Assembly: GCA_001275005.1 (NCBI GenBank)
Contig: JWZX01002919.1
Coordinates: 1 to 53,885 of the forward strand
Reading direction: 5' to 3'
From: Chrysochromulina tobinii
Lineage: Eukaryota
Length of the DNA stretch: 53,885 nucleotides
Made by a program: the position numbers and the translations under genes. Below, piece after piece: positions 20,169 through 33,001 of this stretch. The first letter of the stretch is position 1. Each line of letters begins with the position of its first letter. A model generated the notes under the pieces. The model was given only the letters and a program-made list of their open reading frames with translations. It ran no database searches and had not been told where the DNA came from.

Positions 20169-22480
20169 TCATGCCTTGACGTACTGCCCTGAGTAGTCGG
20201 TGAAATCCTTCGTTGATCTTGCGAGCCTCTCCTGCCACGTCGTCTCGATGTCGCCAGCTGTGACGACGCGTGCGAATTCGGTGTACTCAATCGACCCGCT
20301 CTTGTCAACGTCCATCAAATTGATGATGGCATCCATCTCATTGTCGGACAGATTGAGGCTGAAGTCCTCCCTGAGAACGAAAGCAATTTCGCTGCGGTCG
20401 AGATGGCCGGAACGATCTTTGTCCATGTTCTTGAATGCAGTGGACATACGGTTGTACTTGTCCTTGAACTTCTGGCCGATCTGCTTGAGAGTACGCAGCA
20501 GCTGCTTTGCGGTAACACCCTCTGGCAGCACATCGCTGCCCGCAAGGAGCTCCTCGAAGGACGCTGCCTTGGCCTTGAGGTAGCCTCCATCCTCCTTCAT
20601 AGCCGCCTGGGGCCCGTCTTTCATGGCCGCCTCTGCCGAACGCTTGAGCTTGCGCCACTCATCGGCGGTGCCAGCCTTGCCACTCGCCTGTCCGCTGCGC
20701 GGGCGTTGGCTGGTTCGTGCGGACGGCATGGCGGATAAGGGCGTATCGATGCCCGCTCTCACCTTGGCGCGCTGGCGTGGCGAGAGTTTGATCTTGTCGG
20801 GCGGTGGCAGGGCCTTGCTGATTGCGCCAGGCGCGATGGCAGGGGCATCACTTGAAGGAGGCTGCAACAGCGCCTCATTGTATGCATTCACCTCATCACG
20901 ATTAGCAGCATTCGCTGCTGCCATCGCTTCTTTGATCTTGGCATCGGTCGTCACCTCGTTGAGTGTCTCCGACGACATGTACTTGGCAAAGTCGCGGTAC
21001 CTGCAGACATGGATGTGGGAAGCGAGCACATCATGGGCCATACGTTGGGGACGAAGAGCGGCGTATGCGCACGCACGCCGCTCTGCGCATGCCTGTGTGC
21101 GTGTGCATGTACTGTCTTGTGACAGAGCGGCGCATGCTGTGTCTGTGCGTGTCTGTGTGGCATGTAGCAGACGCACTGAATCTCATCACTTCCCTTGCCG
21201 CTCTTGAAGTGGTCGCCATCACGCTCGATGAGATTGAAGAGTGCGTCAATGACGGGAGGACGGATGTGCGTATCCAGGCTCATGAGTTTGATCGCGAGCT
21301 TGAACTCATTCCTGTCGACGAAGCCCGTGCGGTCGGCGTCCATGTACTTGAATGCTTTGCCAAAGTAGCCGTGCTTCATTTGGATCTGCTCCTTGATCAT
21401 GGTGTGTGCCTGAAGCAGTTCAGCCGCGGTCACGTGAGGATCGTAAAGTCGTTTCACGGGCGCCTTTTTCTCGACCGCCTTGACTGCCTTCTTGTAGCCG
21501 AGCTTGTGGTCGCGCTTGTCCGAGTTCGGGAAGAGAGTGCGCACGTCGTCGGCCGCGAGGAACTGCACGAATTCCTCATACTTGATGTCATAGCCCGCCT
21601 CCCCGTCGTCGTCGTCGTCATAGTCCATCATTTCGAGAAGGCAGAGCACGACGGGCTGCCGAATACCGTCGAGGTTGACAGTGCGCAGTGCTCGCTCAAA
21701 CTCGTGCCGCTCGATGAAGCCGGTGCCATCCTGATCAATGGAACGGAAGGCACGCGTGAACGAACCGTACTTGCTCAGAAGTTTCTCCTTGATTTGATCG
21801 TGCGCCGACTGCAACTCCTCGAGACTGATGCCTTGAGGCAGCGCGAACAATTTGGGTGCTGCGGACGTGGTCGGGGGCTTTCGAGTGCTGGGCGAGGCGG
21901 GCGAAGCTGATCCGCGCTGCAGCGGTTGGCCGAACTCTCCTTCGGGAACTGTGCCCCATAACTCCAGCGGACCGAAGCCGGAAGGTAAGCCGGAAGGCAC
22001 GTCGAGGACGCGACCGGGCTTGCGTGTCCGCATGCGTGGGCTTAGGTGACCAAACTGTGCCGACGCCGGGCGTGAGATCGTAGCGCTGCCGTCGCGCGAG
22101 AAGCCCCTAGATGCTGCAAATGACTGCCGCATGTTTGTCAGCTGCACATGCTTTTCCCAAAAGGCATACGTCGAGGCATGCGGGTCGACAGCGACTTGTT
22201 TCACAAAGGACATGTTCTTGAGGTTCATAAGACGAGGTGACTGCGCGGAAAACAAGCCGCGCGGCGTCATCCCGCGCGGCGAGAGGCTGGCGAGACCCTC
22301 GCGTGGAGAGTATTCGCCACCAATGGCTGCGCTCACTGGCCTCAAGGAGATCTGAGGTCCGAAGTGGTGCATCTCTTGCCCACTCACGCACGAGCGAAGC
22401 TGTTCATCGTACTTTTTCTTGCAATCGATTTGCTGTTTCTGTTTCGTCAGTGAATTCGCATGCAAAATTCTCAGTTTCAT
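20169..22480 (-). CDS. EF-hand calcium-binding protein with three EF-hand pairs (exons 22480-21177, 21000-20169)
   Basis: GT-AG intron 21176-21001 gives DEIQYRDFAKYM. Loops DQDGTGFIERHEF, DADRTGFVDRNEF, DKDRSGHLDRSEI and DVDKSGSIEYTEF. The start could be ATG 22534. Confidence 0.85.
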
Positions 22481-23019
22481 CGAGGCAATCCTGCGAGCTG
22501 CCTCTTGTGAAACGAGCTGTGATTGCACATACATTGTATTAGGTCCTACATGTACGATCAATGTGGGGATGTACTGGGCCCTCCCAACTAGGACACCTAG
22601 CTGGCCGGGCCGCGCCCGCGGCGGCGGCCGCGGCACGTCGTTTCCCGGGTATCGCCACCCGCGCACCCAGGGGGCGGCTCTTGGCGAGGCACCTAATCTA
22701 GCGCCGAGCGCCCTAGAACTGTTCATCCTCATACACAGAGTCTCAGAGTGTAAAGAACATGAGAAAGTGTTTGACTACATTAATTCGTAACGATGAAAAG
22801 TCCTACATACTCTGGCGCTGCCTCCGCTCGCGACGGCAGCGGAAGACTGAGGCACGCATTTGGCTTGCTCTCTCCACTCTCCGCTCGTCTACAGGATCGG
22901 TACTCAGTAGGCCGTCGGCCCGCCCGCCTTTTGTGCATGCATACGCCGCACGACGGAGGAATGTGGGTAGCCCGAGGGTTGCCCGAATGGTGCAATGACG
23001 GTAAGCCGGCACGCTTCCA

Positions 23020-26000
23020 TCAACAATTCATATCGTCGTCATCGGGCACAGGGTAGTTGGGGGCAGCTCTGGTCGCCCCCCCTGGTGCACCCGTCCACTG
23101 ACTGACATTGGCGCGTCGCGAGCCCATCGGCTTAGCCTGCTCCTCGGAGAAGGTGACTTGGCGCTGTGGCGCCACCAGGCCGTTTGGCACGCGTGCTCGC
23201 CGAGAGACACTCGTGTCCTCGGACGTTGAGCGCGCGCATATCGGCTCCACCTGCGTCGAAGCCCCGTTGTCGACCTTGACAGCTGTGGGCGCATCATTAG
23301 GCTCCGAGCCGCAGCCCATGGAGCATCCTTCGGTGGACGCGCCCTGCCCACGCTTGCGGGTCTCAGACCGGCCTCGTCCATCCTTGGGCGATGTTGGTGG
23401 CAAGGCACCAAACGACCCAAACGGGGACCACTTGGGCTGAGAGGCGATCGGGGGAACGTCGGACCCACCCTTGAGCCCACCCTTGAACAGGGATGCCAGC
23501 AAGGCTACAGGTGGCTCGAATGGTGCCGGTGCTGAAGGCTCCGAGGAGGTCGAAGGTGGCGGCACCGTGCCCATGCCAGATCCCACGGCGGTGTCGCCAT
23601 TCGTCGGCTCGGCCGGATGAATGGCCAAGGTGGCATCAGCGGCGGCTACGAGCTCAGCACTGCTGCTGCTCATCCCGGAGGACAGGAAGGTGCCCTCCTC
23701 GTCGACCTCGTCGACCTCGTCGATGTCCTCGAGCTCCGCGTCGCCGCCGCGCAGAGGGCCGAAGATGCCCGTGCCCGCCGTCCTCTCCACCGGCTGTAGC
23801 TTCCGAATCTGCTGGGCGCATCGCTCCAAGTCATACTGCGCGCCACACGCTTTGAAGTCCTCGTACGCCGCCTGGAGCAAGCGCAAGCGCACCGCCGGCG
23901 AAGCGTCACCATAGATGGCAAGCTCGTACGTGGCGAGCGCCTCATCGTACGGCATCTGCAAGGCGTGCGACGACAGCTGCGACTCACGGAGGAACTTGAG
24001 CGCCTTCTTCTTGGCGGCCGGGTTATTTGGCTGGATGGCGAAGAAGATGCCTTTGAGCAGCAGCGCACGTGGCTTGGCGACGGGGTAGATGTTGCCGAAC
24101 TGCTCCAGCTTGACCATCCACTCCTTTGCCACGAACTCGAGCGTCACCAGGTCGTCAAAGCGCGGCTTCTCCTCTTCATCGGCGATGACGAAGACCGAGT
24201 CGACGAACATCACCGAGTCGCGCTCACCGGTAGTCGAGCCCCCAGAGCTAAACTTGGTCGCGCGCACTGGGGAGTTGTAGCCCCACCTGCGAACGCTCAT
24301 GCGAGAAGAACGTTCCGCACGCATGGGGCGCTCGCGCATGGAACGCTCGCGCGTGGAACGTTCGCGCGAGGAGCCCGCCCCCTCGTGCGCCAGTGCACCC
24401 TTGAGCAGCTCGAGGATCACTTCGGCCGTTGAGGCGAACGCCTTGAGCACATAATACTTGGTGCTCCTACCCTTGAAGCGGTCCTTGACGCACATGGCGC
24501 GCTCGAACGCCTCCTGGGATTGGCCCGACCGCAGCAGCGCCAGCGCGAGCTGCCCGTATGAGTTCGTCGACTTTAGGATGGCGATCGCGTCCTTGAGATT
24601 ATTGGTGGCGAGCAGTGTGGCAGCGATGCCCGCATGGCAACGACTGCGGATCTGCTTGTCGACGCGCTCCTCGGCCGACGCCAGCGCTTCCTCGTAGAGC
24701 TCCTTCGACCGGATGAAGTTGCCGCGGTAATACTCCAGGTGCGCCTGATGGCAGATGGCCTGTTCCCATTGGCGCTTGTCATGGAGTTGCTTCGAGTAGG
24801 ACGCCGATTGTGTCAGGTTGTCGGTGGCCATCTTCCATCGCGCCTGGCCCGCGTCGAGCACGCCCGCCGCGAGGAGCGTGTACGAATACTGCCCGAGCTC
24901 ACCCAACTGCTCGCACGTCTCGAGCGCCTTGCGCTTGTACCGGCGCACCGTCCATGCGGACGACTTCTCAGCGGCTGACTCGATCAGGCAGAGCGACGCG
25001 TACGCGCGCCCCACCACGGGCGAGAGCGTCCCGATCGAGCAGCCGAGCATGAGCGCACGCATCGCGCAGTAGCCCGCCTGCTCGCGCTGGTGCTCCTGCA
25101 TGAGCACCTGCGAGAGCAGCTCGTACGCGACGGCGAGCTCCATGCGCGGGTGAGTGTCCCCATGCTTGTCTGCGCTGCTGTGCTTGCGCTTGGGCTCGCG
25201 CACGAACAGCTCCCGAACGCTGTGCTGCATGCGCACGCGTCGGTATCGCCATCGGAAGTCGGCATCGGTCATGCCCTTGAAGCCGTCCGGATGCTCCTTA
25301 TCGTCGCCTCGGTCCTTCTCACCGCCGAGGGAGACAATCGCCTCGGAAAGAGACTGACGCGCAGCCTCCGTCTCGCCGACAACAAGGTAGGTCTGCGCCA
25401 TGCGCCGCTGGAGCGGGCCGCGCTTGGGCGCGAGCTCGGGCTTGCGGCCAGCGAGCCTGAGCGCATCGAGCAGCAGTTTGCGCGCATCAAGGTTGCTGAG
25501 GGCTGCATCGCCCGCTTGTTGCGTGAGATAGTGCACTGCCTTGCCGAGCGCGTGGGTCGAGTCTCCCGCTTGCGACCAATGGTACGAGAGCTTCGACACG
25601 AGGCCCTTCCCGCCGCCGCCGCTGCCGTGGTACTCGCCGCCGTAGTACTCGCCCCCTTCGTAGTACTCGGCGGCCGCGTAGTGGAGCTTCTCCTTGAGCC
25701 CCATTGGGAGCTGAGAGTACGACACATCGTGCAGGTACTTGTGCTTGAATCGGTACACGGGCAGCGTGTTGCGCTGGCCGGGTTCGCGCTGTAGCATCTC
25801 GGCGCTCACGAGCATGTCGAGCAGCCGGATGAGCTCCTTCTTGTCCGTCGAAAAGTCGAGCTCGGACTGCTCGACGAGGAATCCGAGCTCGGTCGTCTTG
25901 AAGATGGGGCCCATGACGGCGCCCATCTTCATGAGCAGCTGCTGCGAGGCGGGCAGCCGGTCCATGCGCGAGGTGATGAGGGACTCGACCGAGCTCGGCA

Positions 26001-29000
26001 GCGTCACCTGGTCGATGCTCACCGTGAGCTTGCAGACTCCATCGACCACCTCGAGGAGTTTCGAGTCGGTCATCGACTTGAGGAACTCGAGCGCCCAGAA
26101 GGGGTTGCCATTCGTGTTCTTCGCGAGCTTTTTTAAGACGTCTTCCGGGATGACGGTCACGCCCATCGCCTCGCACAGCAGCTCGCGCATCTCCTCGGTG
26201 GAGAGCCCTGGCAGTTCGCGGACGGCGGTCTCGCAGAGCTTGTGCTCCTTGACGATCTCGTCGTATCCCGCGGGACGGACAGGCACGGGCAGCGGGCGCA
26301 GAGTGAGCAGCACGAGCATCGGCTTGACCACATCGAGAGCATGCCGGAGCACGGCCCACGAGGACGAGTCCATCCAGTGCACGTCCTCGAAGATGAGGAT
26401 CGGCCGTCCCTCGCCAAGCTTGGCCGCAAGCACACTCACCATCAGCCGGATGGTGGCGGCCATGCGCAGCTCGGCCGTCAGGTGCTTCGTCACCTCGTTG
26501 TCCTTGATCTCGATGGGCAGAGCTGGCGAGAGCAGCGGCGCGAGCATCACGAAAGACTCGTCCGCGAGCAACGCGTCGTCCGCCCACGGACGCACGCAGT
26601 GGCGCCCCTCGAACGTGTAAGAGGGCGAGAGGAAGGCGAGCACCGACGAGAGCGCGTCGCGCCAGCGCTGCCGCACGCCCTCGGTGCCGCTCCTTCTGAA
26701 GGAGGCCACGCGATTGGCGGTCGATGTGCCTTGCTTGCCGGCCACGTAAAGGGCGTCGCGGGACCCTCGTACGCCAGACGAAGACCCTGCGATACCTTTC
26801 TTTCCACCGGCGGGCGCCGCGGGTGCGGCACCCGCGTCCTGCGCAAGCTCCCTAGGGCGCATAGAGGGGCCAACGCCACCGCCGATCAAGCCTCTGAGGC
26901 CCGTCTTCGACTTGCTGAGAGGCTTCACGGGCGCCAACGTCTCCCTGGCTGGAGCGCCACCGTCCTTGGACAGCGAGTCCAATGCCTTCGCCCACCTCGA
27001 TCGTGGGGTGGCTTCGATTCGTGGTGTCGCTTCGATTCTGCTCGAGCTCGGCCCCGGCTCGGATGGTAAGGACACGTTGAGCGCCGCCCTAAAAAGGTTC
27101 TTGCTGCTGGCGCCACGAGAGTTGAAGCTCTTCGACTCCTGTTGAAGCTTCGGCGCGTGCACATGCCGGCGCGGGCTCGCCAGCGGTGCCCGCGGGGTAG
27201 ACTGCGCGTCCTCGGCGGCCTGACTGGAGGGCGGGGGCGGCTTCACCTGCCGCGTCTTGGCCACGATCGTCTCGAGCGTGCGCTTGGTGAAGAGCTTCTC
27301 GAAGACGCCTCTCCACGGGAAGAAAGGGGTGGTGGCCTCGATCTGCTTGGACGAGATATGGAAGAGGTTGATCTGCTCGCCCTCGACCATGATGCCCTGT
27401 TCCCCTTCCTTATCATCCTTCTGGCCAAACAGCCTGCGCTCATGCATCGAGCGCATCACCTCGGCCAAATGCGTCTTGCCCATCCCGGCCTCGCCCAGCA
27501 GCAGGATCACCCCGCCCTTGCCCGCGCCGAGCTCGTCGAGGCCCCGCCGTAGCAGCGCGAGCTCCATCTCGCGCCCGAGCGTCCGCTTGAGCCGCTTCGC
27601 GCCAGCGACCTCGGCGCTTCGCGCTCGAAGGCTTGAGCGATGCATCGAACCATACCGGTCGGAGTCGGAGCTCAGGGGGGCCGTGCTGACGATTGAGCTC
27701 CTGTGTTCCGTGCTGCCCGAGACGTTCGAACTCCTGTGTTCCGGCCCACCGCGGCTTGGGCGGCTGCCGGAGTGCAGCAGCGGCCGGAAAATGGGCACGG
27801 CCTCTTCCTTGCCCTTGACCTTGATCGGGTCCAGGACCTTGAAATCGCAAGAGCCGAGTTGCACCACAGCGTCATACGTGTCCTTGTCGCACAGGATGCC
27901 TTTCTCCCTAGTCTTGCCCGCCGCCTGCATCAGGCGCGCCGCCAGGTTGACCTGCGGGCCCGAAAGCGTATACTCGACGCGCACGCCCTCGCTGCCCGCC
28001 TCCCCACAGAACACCCGGCCGGTGGTGATGCCTACGCAGATCTTCATCGCCTGGTAGTCCTCGTCATCGGGTAAGACGCCTGCGGGCAGCACCGGCTTGA
28101 TGCGCGAGAGCGCGTCGACTACCTGCAGGCAGCTAACGACAGCACGCGATTCATCGTCCTCGTGGGCGTGGCTGGGCAGTCCGAAGGCGATCAGAAAGCG
28201 CGTGCCCTTGTCGTCGCAAATGAGGCGCGTGATCGTGCCATCGAAGCGCTGCATCCGCTCCTGCACGATCCCACAGACCTGGCTCGCCTTGGTGAGGTCA
28301 GACACCTCGCACGGCTTCGGGCCAAGGCCGTTGATCTTCATGAACACCGAGACGAGCTTGCGGTGCTCTGAGACCCACGAACCCGTCTGGCCTGCCTGCA
28401 CGCGCTCCTCGATGATCGCCGGTACGAAGCAGCGCAAGGTGCGGTCGAGCTCCACTGAGGGCGTCACCTGGAGAGTGTACGGGGGGGAAGGGGGGGGGGG
28501 GGCACCGGGAAGTGGGAAGAGGGACGAGTCGGACGTGATTGACGGATGCGTAACGGAGGCAGCCGTGCCGAGGGCGGCAAAGGCAGCTTGTTTCGCACGC
28601 GCAGGGAGAAGTCAGTTCGCCATTTTAAACCATGAAGGCATGTTTCCGCACTGGAAATCAGTCCGACTAGGTAGAACATCATCCAAAGGAGGGCGGGCGG
28701 CCAGCCGGGGAGTTGGCAGCACATGGAGAGCCACCACGCAGTTTCGTCAACGAGACGAGGCCAGCGACGCACCTGGGCGAGCAACGAGGTGATGTCGAGT
28801 CGCCTCGACGTCTCGTCCTTCTCATCGTCTTCGGCTATCGTGAGGGCCGCCGCCGGTCTGGTCGCCCAGACGGCGCCGAGGGCGACGGCGCCGAGAAAAG
28901 AGCGTTTCATGCGCGAGGGCGAGGCCGCCGTCACGTCGTTGTTTGTCTCGTGACGCCCCGGCTTGCTGCTGAGCGTACTAGAGAGCTTGAGGCTCGTCTC

Positions 29001-29957
29001 GCTGCCGTTGATGTCGCTGGGTACCTGCTGAGTGTGCTGACGCGTGATGCCCAACGACCGGAACAGCCCGCCGCCACCTCCAGCCTCCGCCTCGCCAGAC
29101 CAGGTGTGTTTCACAGACGGCACCTCCCGCATGTCCTGTACGTCAGTGAGCAGAAACTGCGTCGACTCGAGCACGTTCCCAACGAGGCGCTTCATCGAGG
29201 TGATCTCCTCAGTGTTGATCACCTCCCAAGCTTTGCTCGAGAGGACGAGTTGCCCATGCGTGGCCGCCTCGGTCGCGTCAGACATTTGCTGTATGGGTTC
29301 GCCCGCCACGAAGTACTCCCACTTGTTGCCATGACCGCCCACATAGAATTCGGAGATGTCGCCGCAGCCGATGCCCATGTGCAACCGTAACGTTACGCCG
29401 TCGACGGGCGAAAAGTTGTTGAGGCGCTTGAGCAGGTCGAGGCAGCAGACGGACGCGCGAAGCACAAGCTGCGGCAGCGACTCAAACGTGTTGCGTCGAT
29501 TGCGCCAAACGACCTGCATGGCGTCGCCCGCGAACTTGATCACATCGCCTGCGTGCTGGAAGATGCCGTCAATCAGCTCCTTGAAATACGCATTGATGTA
29601 TCTACGAGGACGTGAGACGCGCATTGGTGAGAGGGAGCAAGTTGTGTGCGGCCTTCAGGATCCCACTGCAACACGAGGGCTGCAGCGCGCTGCGCACTGA
29701 TTCAGCAGCTCCGCGCCTTTGCGGCCATGATCTTTACTGAGCTTTTCGCTCAGTGCGGTGAAACCGGAGACGTCGACGAAGCCGATGGCTCCACGAAAAG
29801 TGTTGTGCTCCGGCTGCATTGGCGGCTTCGGATCAGGGTCGTTGGCATACCGCAGCACGACCTCCGCCGGGGAGTAGCTTGCAAAGAGCTTCAGCTGCAG
29901 GTCTAGATCCTCCACCCTATCTTCCACGCTAGTGGAGGGGAAACTACCCGCCGACAT
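23020..29957 (-). CDS. Soluble adenylyl cyclase (ADCY10/sAC-like) with STAND P-loop NTPase and TPR-like region (exons 29957-29698, 29601-28773, 28467-23020)
   Basis: C1 motifs FVDVSGFTALSE and KFAGDA. C2 motifs DDKG, GITTG and EYTLSGPQVNLAARLM. Walker A GEAGMGKT, Walker B IFEDVHWMD, GNPFW and YRFKH. GT-AG introns 29697-29602 and 28772-28468 keep frame. Alternative start at 30074. Confidence 0.92.
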
Positions 29958-30150
29958 GGCGAAATCGCCGCGAGGAGTTGGCAGCGGCCCTCCGTGCGCG
30001 CTCTCGCCTCGTGGGAGGAGAAGACGGGTCGTTCCAAACTCGAGCGGTTCCAAAGTTGAAGCCGTGACGGGCATCGGAGCTCAACTGTGGCAGCTGTTAG
30101 GGTAGCGGTGAGTTCACAGCCAACAGCTCTGAGTTTGTCTTCGAGAAAAA

Positions 30151-30726
30151 ATGGATGGGGTCGACGTGGTGCAGGCGGCTCAGCAGCGCGAGGCGGAGTT
30201 GAGCTCGCTCTCGCCAGAGATTCGCGACGCGCAGCTCGCATCCGAGCAGCTCATGCGCGATGCGAAGCAGCAAGGTAATCAGGGTAATCTCGTCATGAGG
30301 AACGGCAAGTTACAGCTGCTAAGCGAGGATGACATGGGTGCCGACCTTGGCAAATACCGGTGGGGTCAGACGGAGAAGGAGGTGACCATCAAGGTCTCGG
30401 TTCCCGCCGGGACGAAGAGCAAGGCTGTGAAGCTAGATGTGTTGACGTCCAAGCTCAAGCTGGCCGTTATGGGCGAGGTGATCCTCGACGGCGTTCTGCA
30501 CAAACCGGTGAAGCCTGATGATTGTACCTTTACTATCGAGGACGAGGGCACCGGGCGCTTGGTGACCGTCACGCTGCAGAAGCTGCAAGCGACCAGCGCG
30601 AGCCAACATTGGAAATGCGTGTGTGACGGGGAGCCCGAGATCGATACCTCTTTATTCGGGCCAGCGATCATGACTGCCGACCCTTCGGACCCGGCCGGGC
30701 TTGCGCAAATACTTGCGGCGCGCTGA
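30151..30726 (+). CDS. CS (p23/NudC-like) domain co-chaperone
   Basis: YRWGQTEKEVTIKV.VP.GTKSK, ILDGVLHKPVKPDDCTFTIED, VTLQK and WKCVCDGEPEIDT are NudC-type CS domain motifs. Confidence 0.9.
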   Translation: MDGVDVVQAAQQREAELSSLSPEIRDAQLASEQLMRDAKQQGNQGNLVMRNGKLQLLSEDDMGADLGKYRWGQTEKEVTIKVSVPAGTKSKAVKLDVLTSKLKLAVMGEVILDGVLHKPVKPDDCTFTIEDEGTGRLVTVTLQKLQATSASQHWKCVCDGEPEIDTSLFGPAIMTADPSDPAGLAQILAAR

Positions 30727-31322
30727 GCGACGTATGCGCGACGCCGTAGATAGTGCCTTACGACACTAGGGTTAGGCGTTAGCGGTCAAACAGCGGGGGG
30801 CTTTGATTTGCAGCGTGCTGCGCGGCGCACCAGCTGGGATCTCGGCAGCGTGTCCGTGTGCGGCGCGGTGGGATCGACGATCTCGCGGACTCAATCTCAT
30901 TCTTATCGATCATTCTTACTGAGAAAGTTAGCTCAACATCACTCTCGGAGACGCGGTTGGCGTTCGACGTGACCGCGCGCGGGCGGGCGTGTGAGGGCGT
31001 GTGCGAGGACTTGCGTCTTGCGAGCGGACGAATCGTTCCGGTATTTCAGCACACCACGAAAGCACACCCCGCCGGGATTCAGAATTCAGCGATTCAGCAG
31101 TAACAAGCTGTGGGGGGCGTGTGTCAGAGCGGCGGGCGCGAGGGCACACAGTGCCACTCCGATCTCACTCCGATCAGTGGAGGCCTCAGTGGACTGGCCG
31201 CGGGTAGACAGGTAGACACACCGCGACCGCCCCTCTCCATGTGCGTGTCCCTCCCGGACCTCCGCGCAGCCGCGTCCATCACGATCCGGCTAGGATCCTA
31301 GTATCTCAAACTCAACGTAAGC

Positions 31323-32798
31323 TCAGCGAGGGCTCAGGGCGAGCTCGTGGTCGTGCTGCCGCTGCTGCTGGACCCACTGTGCCCGACTGGCAAGCTCGGC
31401 TCGCCACCTCGTGCTGGTCGCCTGCGGAAGCGTGGGCTCTATGGGCGTTCCCAGGGGAAGTCGCCTACTGCAGTCGTAGCCGCCCCACCCAGGTGGGCAA
31501 ACGCACGCCACTGCCACCGCGTCCACACGGCATGTGCCCCGCAAGCTGCAAAAGTTTGGACATCTTGCGTCGTGTTGGCATTCGAGCCCCGCCCAGCCGC
31601 TCTCGCACGCGCATTCTCCTTTCTCGCACTGACCATGCCCAGAGCAGCTCCCACGACAGCCAAAGACTTGGCAGCCCTCCCCCAGCCAAGGATCCTCGCA
31701 CTCGCAAGCTCCGCTGAGCAGGCACCTGCCGTGTCCGGAGCACGCGTACGAATCCCCTCCGACTGCCCCCGGGCATGCCGGCGGCGAGGGCGGCGGTGGT
31801 GGCGGGCAAGGCGGCGGCGAAGGCGGCGGCGGCGAGGGAGGTGGTGGCGAAGGCGGCGGCGGCGGGCTGGGTGGCGGTGGGAAGGGTGAGGGGCTTGGCG
31901 GCGGCGAAGGCGGCGGCGGCGGCGAGGGCGGTGGGCTAGGTGGCGGCGGCGGGCTCGGTGGCGGCGGAGATGGGGGCGGCGGTGGAGATGGGGGCGGGGA
32001 GGGCGGCGGCGGTGGCGAGGGTGAAGGAGAAGGTGGCGGTGGTGAGGGCGGCGGCGTTTCAGTGCAGGCAGCTCCCGCCCAGCCGCCATGGCACACGCAC
32101 GTGCCGCTGCTGCTGTTGGTCGCATCGAGCATGCATGTGCCGTGGCCGCTGCATGAGGCACCAGCTACCCCCGAGGGGCACACGTCAGACGCGCAGTGTG
32201 GGCTCACCCGCCAGCCCAGCTCGCACTCACAGCGCCCATCGACGCACGCGCCGTGGCCATAACAGTCGTACGGGCAGCGTTTCACGTCGCACGCGGCGCC
32301 CGTCCACCCACGGTCACAGGTGCACACGCCGCCTCTCGTGCAATTGCCGTTGCCGGAGCATCCCATCGGACATGAGGGGGCCGAACAATTGGTATCTCCC
32401 CACCCACGATCGCAATTACACACGCCGCCGAGGCAGGTGCCGTGGCCGCTGCAGTGCGCAGGGCACGTATCAATATCGCACGCAGCACCACTCCACCCCT
32501 GCGTGCAAACACACTGGCCGCTCACGCAGAGACCGCGGCCAAGGAGCGCCCCGCAACCCCGCGATGCGCCCGCGGGAAAGTGCCCAGGGCAGGTGTCGAT
32601 ATCACAAGCCGGCGGCAGCCAGCCGATGTCGCATCTGCAAATTCCAATGTGGCAAGTTGCGTGCCCTGTGCAAAGCATGTGCTCACAAGCGTCAACCGAG
32701 CAATCCTCCGAAGCCCAGCCCCGCTCACAGCGACACCTCCCGTTGACGAGGCTGCCTCGACCCGAGCAAATAATCTTGGCATCCAAACTTTCAACCAA
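31323..32798 (-). CDS. Tenascin-like EGF-repeat protein with extensin-like (SPn) insert
   Basis: About ten CSGHGxC..CxC..GWxG..C repeats interrupted by a Ser-Pro tract. No in-frame ATG found, so the start is unresolved. Confidence 0.8.
   Translation of the reverse strand: MVESLDAKIICSGRGSLVNGRCRCERGWASEDCSVDACEHMLCTGHATCHIGICRCDIGWLPPACDIDTCPGHFPAGASRGCGALLGRGLCVSGQCVCTQGWSGAACDIDTCPAHCSGHGTCLGGVCNCDRGWGDTNCSAPSCPMGCSGNGNCTRGGVCTCDRGWTGAACDVKRCPYDCYGHGACVDGRCECELGWRVSPHCASDVCPSGVAGASCSGHGTCMLDATNSSSGTCVCHGGWAGAACTETPPPSPPPPSPSPSPPPPPSPPPSPPPPPSPPPPSPPPPPSPPPSPPPPPSPPPSPSPFPPPPSPPPPPSPPPPSPPPPSPPPCPPPPPPSPPACPGAVGGDSYACSGHGRCLLSGACECEDPWLGEGCQVFGCRGSCSGHGQCEKGECACESGWAGLECQHDARCPNFCSLRGTCRVDAVAVACVCPPGWGGYDCSRRLPLGTPIEPTLPQATSTRWRAELASRAQWVQQQRQHDHELALSPR
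31787..32056 (-). repeat. Low-complexity coding repeat encoding (SPPPP)n
   Basis: GGC/GGT-rich tract on + strand translating to PPPSPPPPSPSPSPPPP... on the minus strand. Confidence 0.9.
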
Positions 32799-33001
32799 AG
32801 CAAGCGCCGGCGGAAGCGTCAGAGGTGCGGAAGGGCAACTTATGAGCGACCGACCGGCCGAAACTGCATCGCGTCGAGAAAATTCCCGACGAAACTCGCC
32901 AGATTACTCCATCGGAAAACTGCTGGGCTTTCAACTGGATTGTCAGTTTCGTCGAGCTGAATGCGTGACGTGGCCGCTAGCGATTTCTAGAAACGCGCAA
33001 A

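Noticed and set aside
30767..30784. TAGGGTTAGGCGTTAGCG as interstitial telomere
   Set aside because: Too short and degenerate to support.
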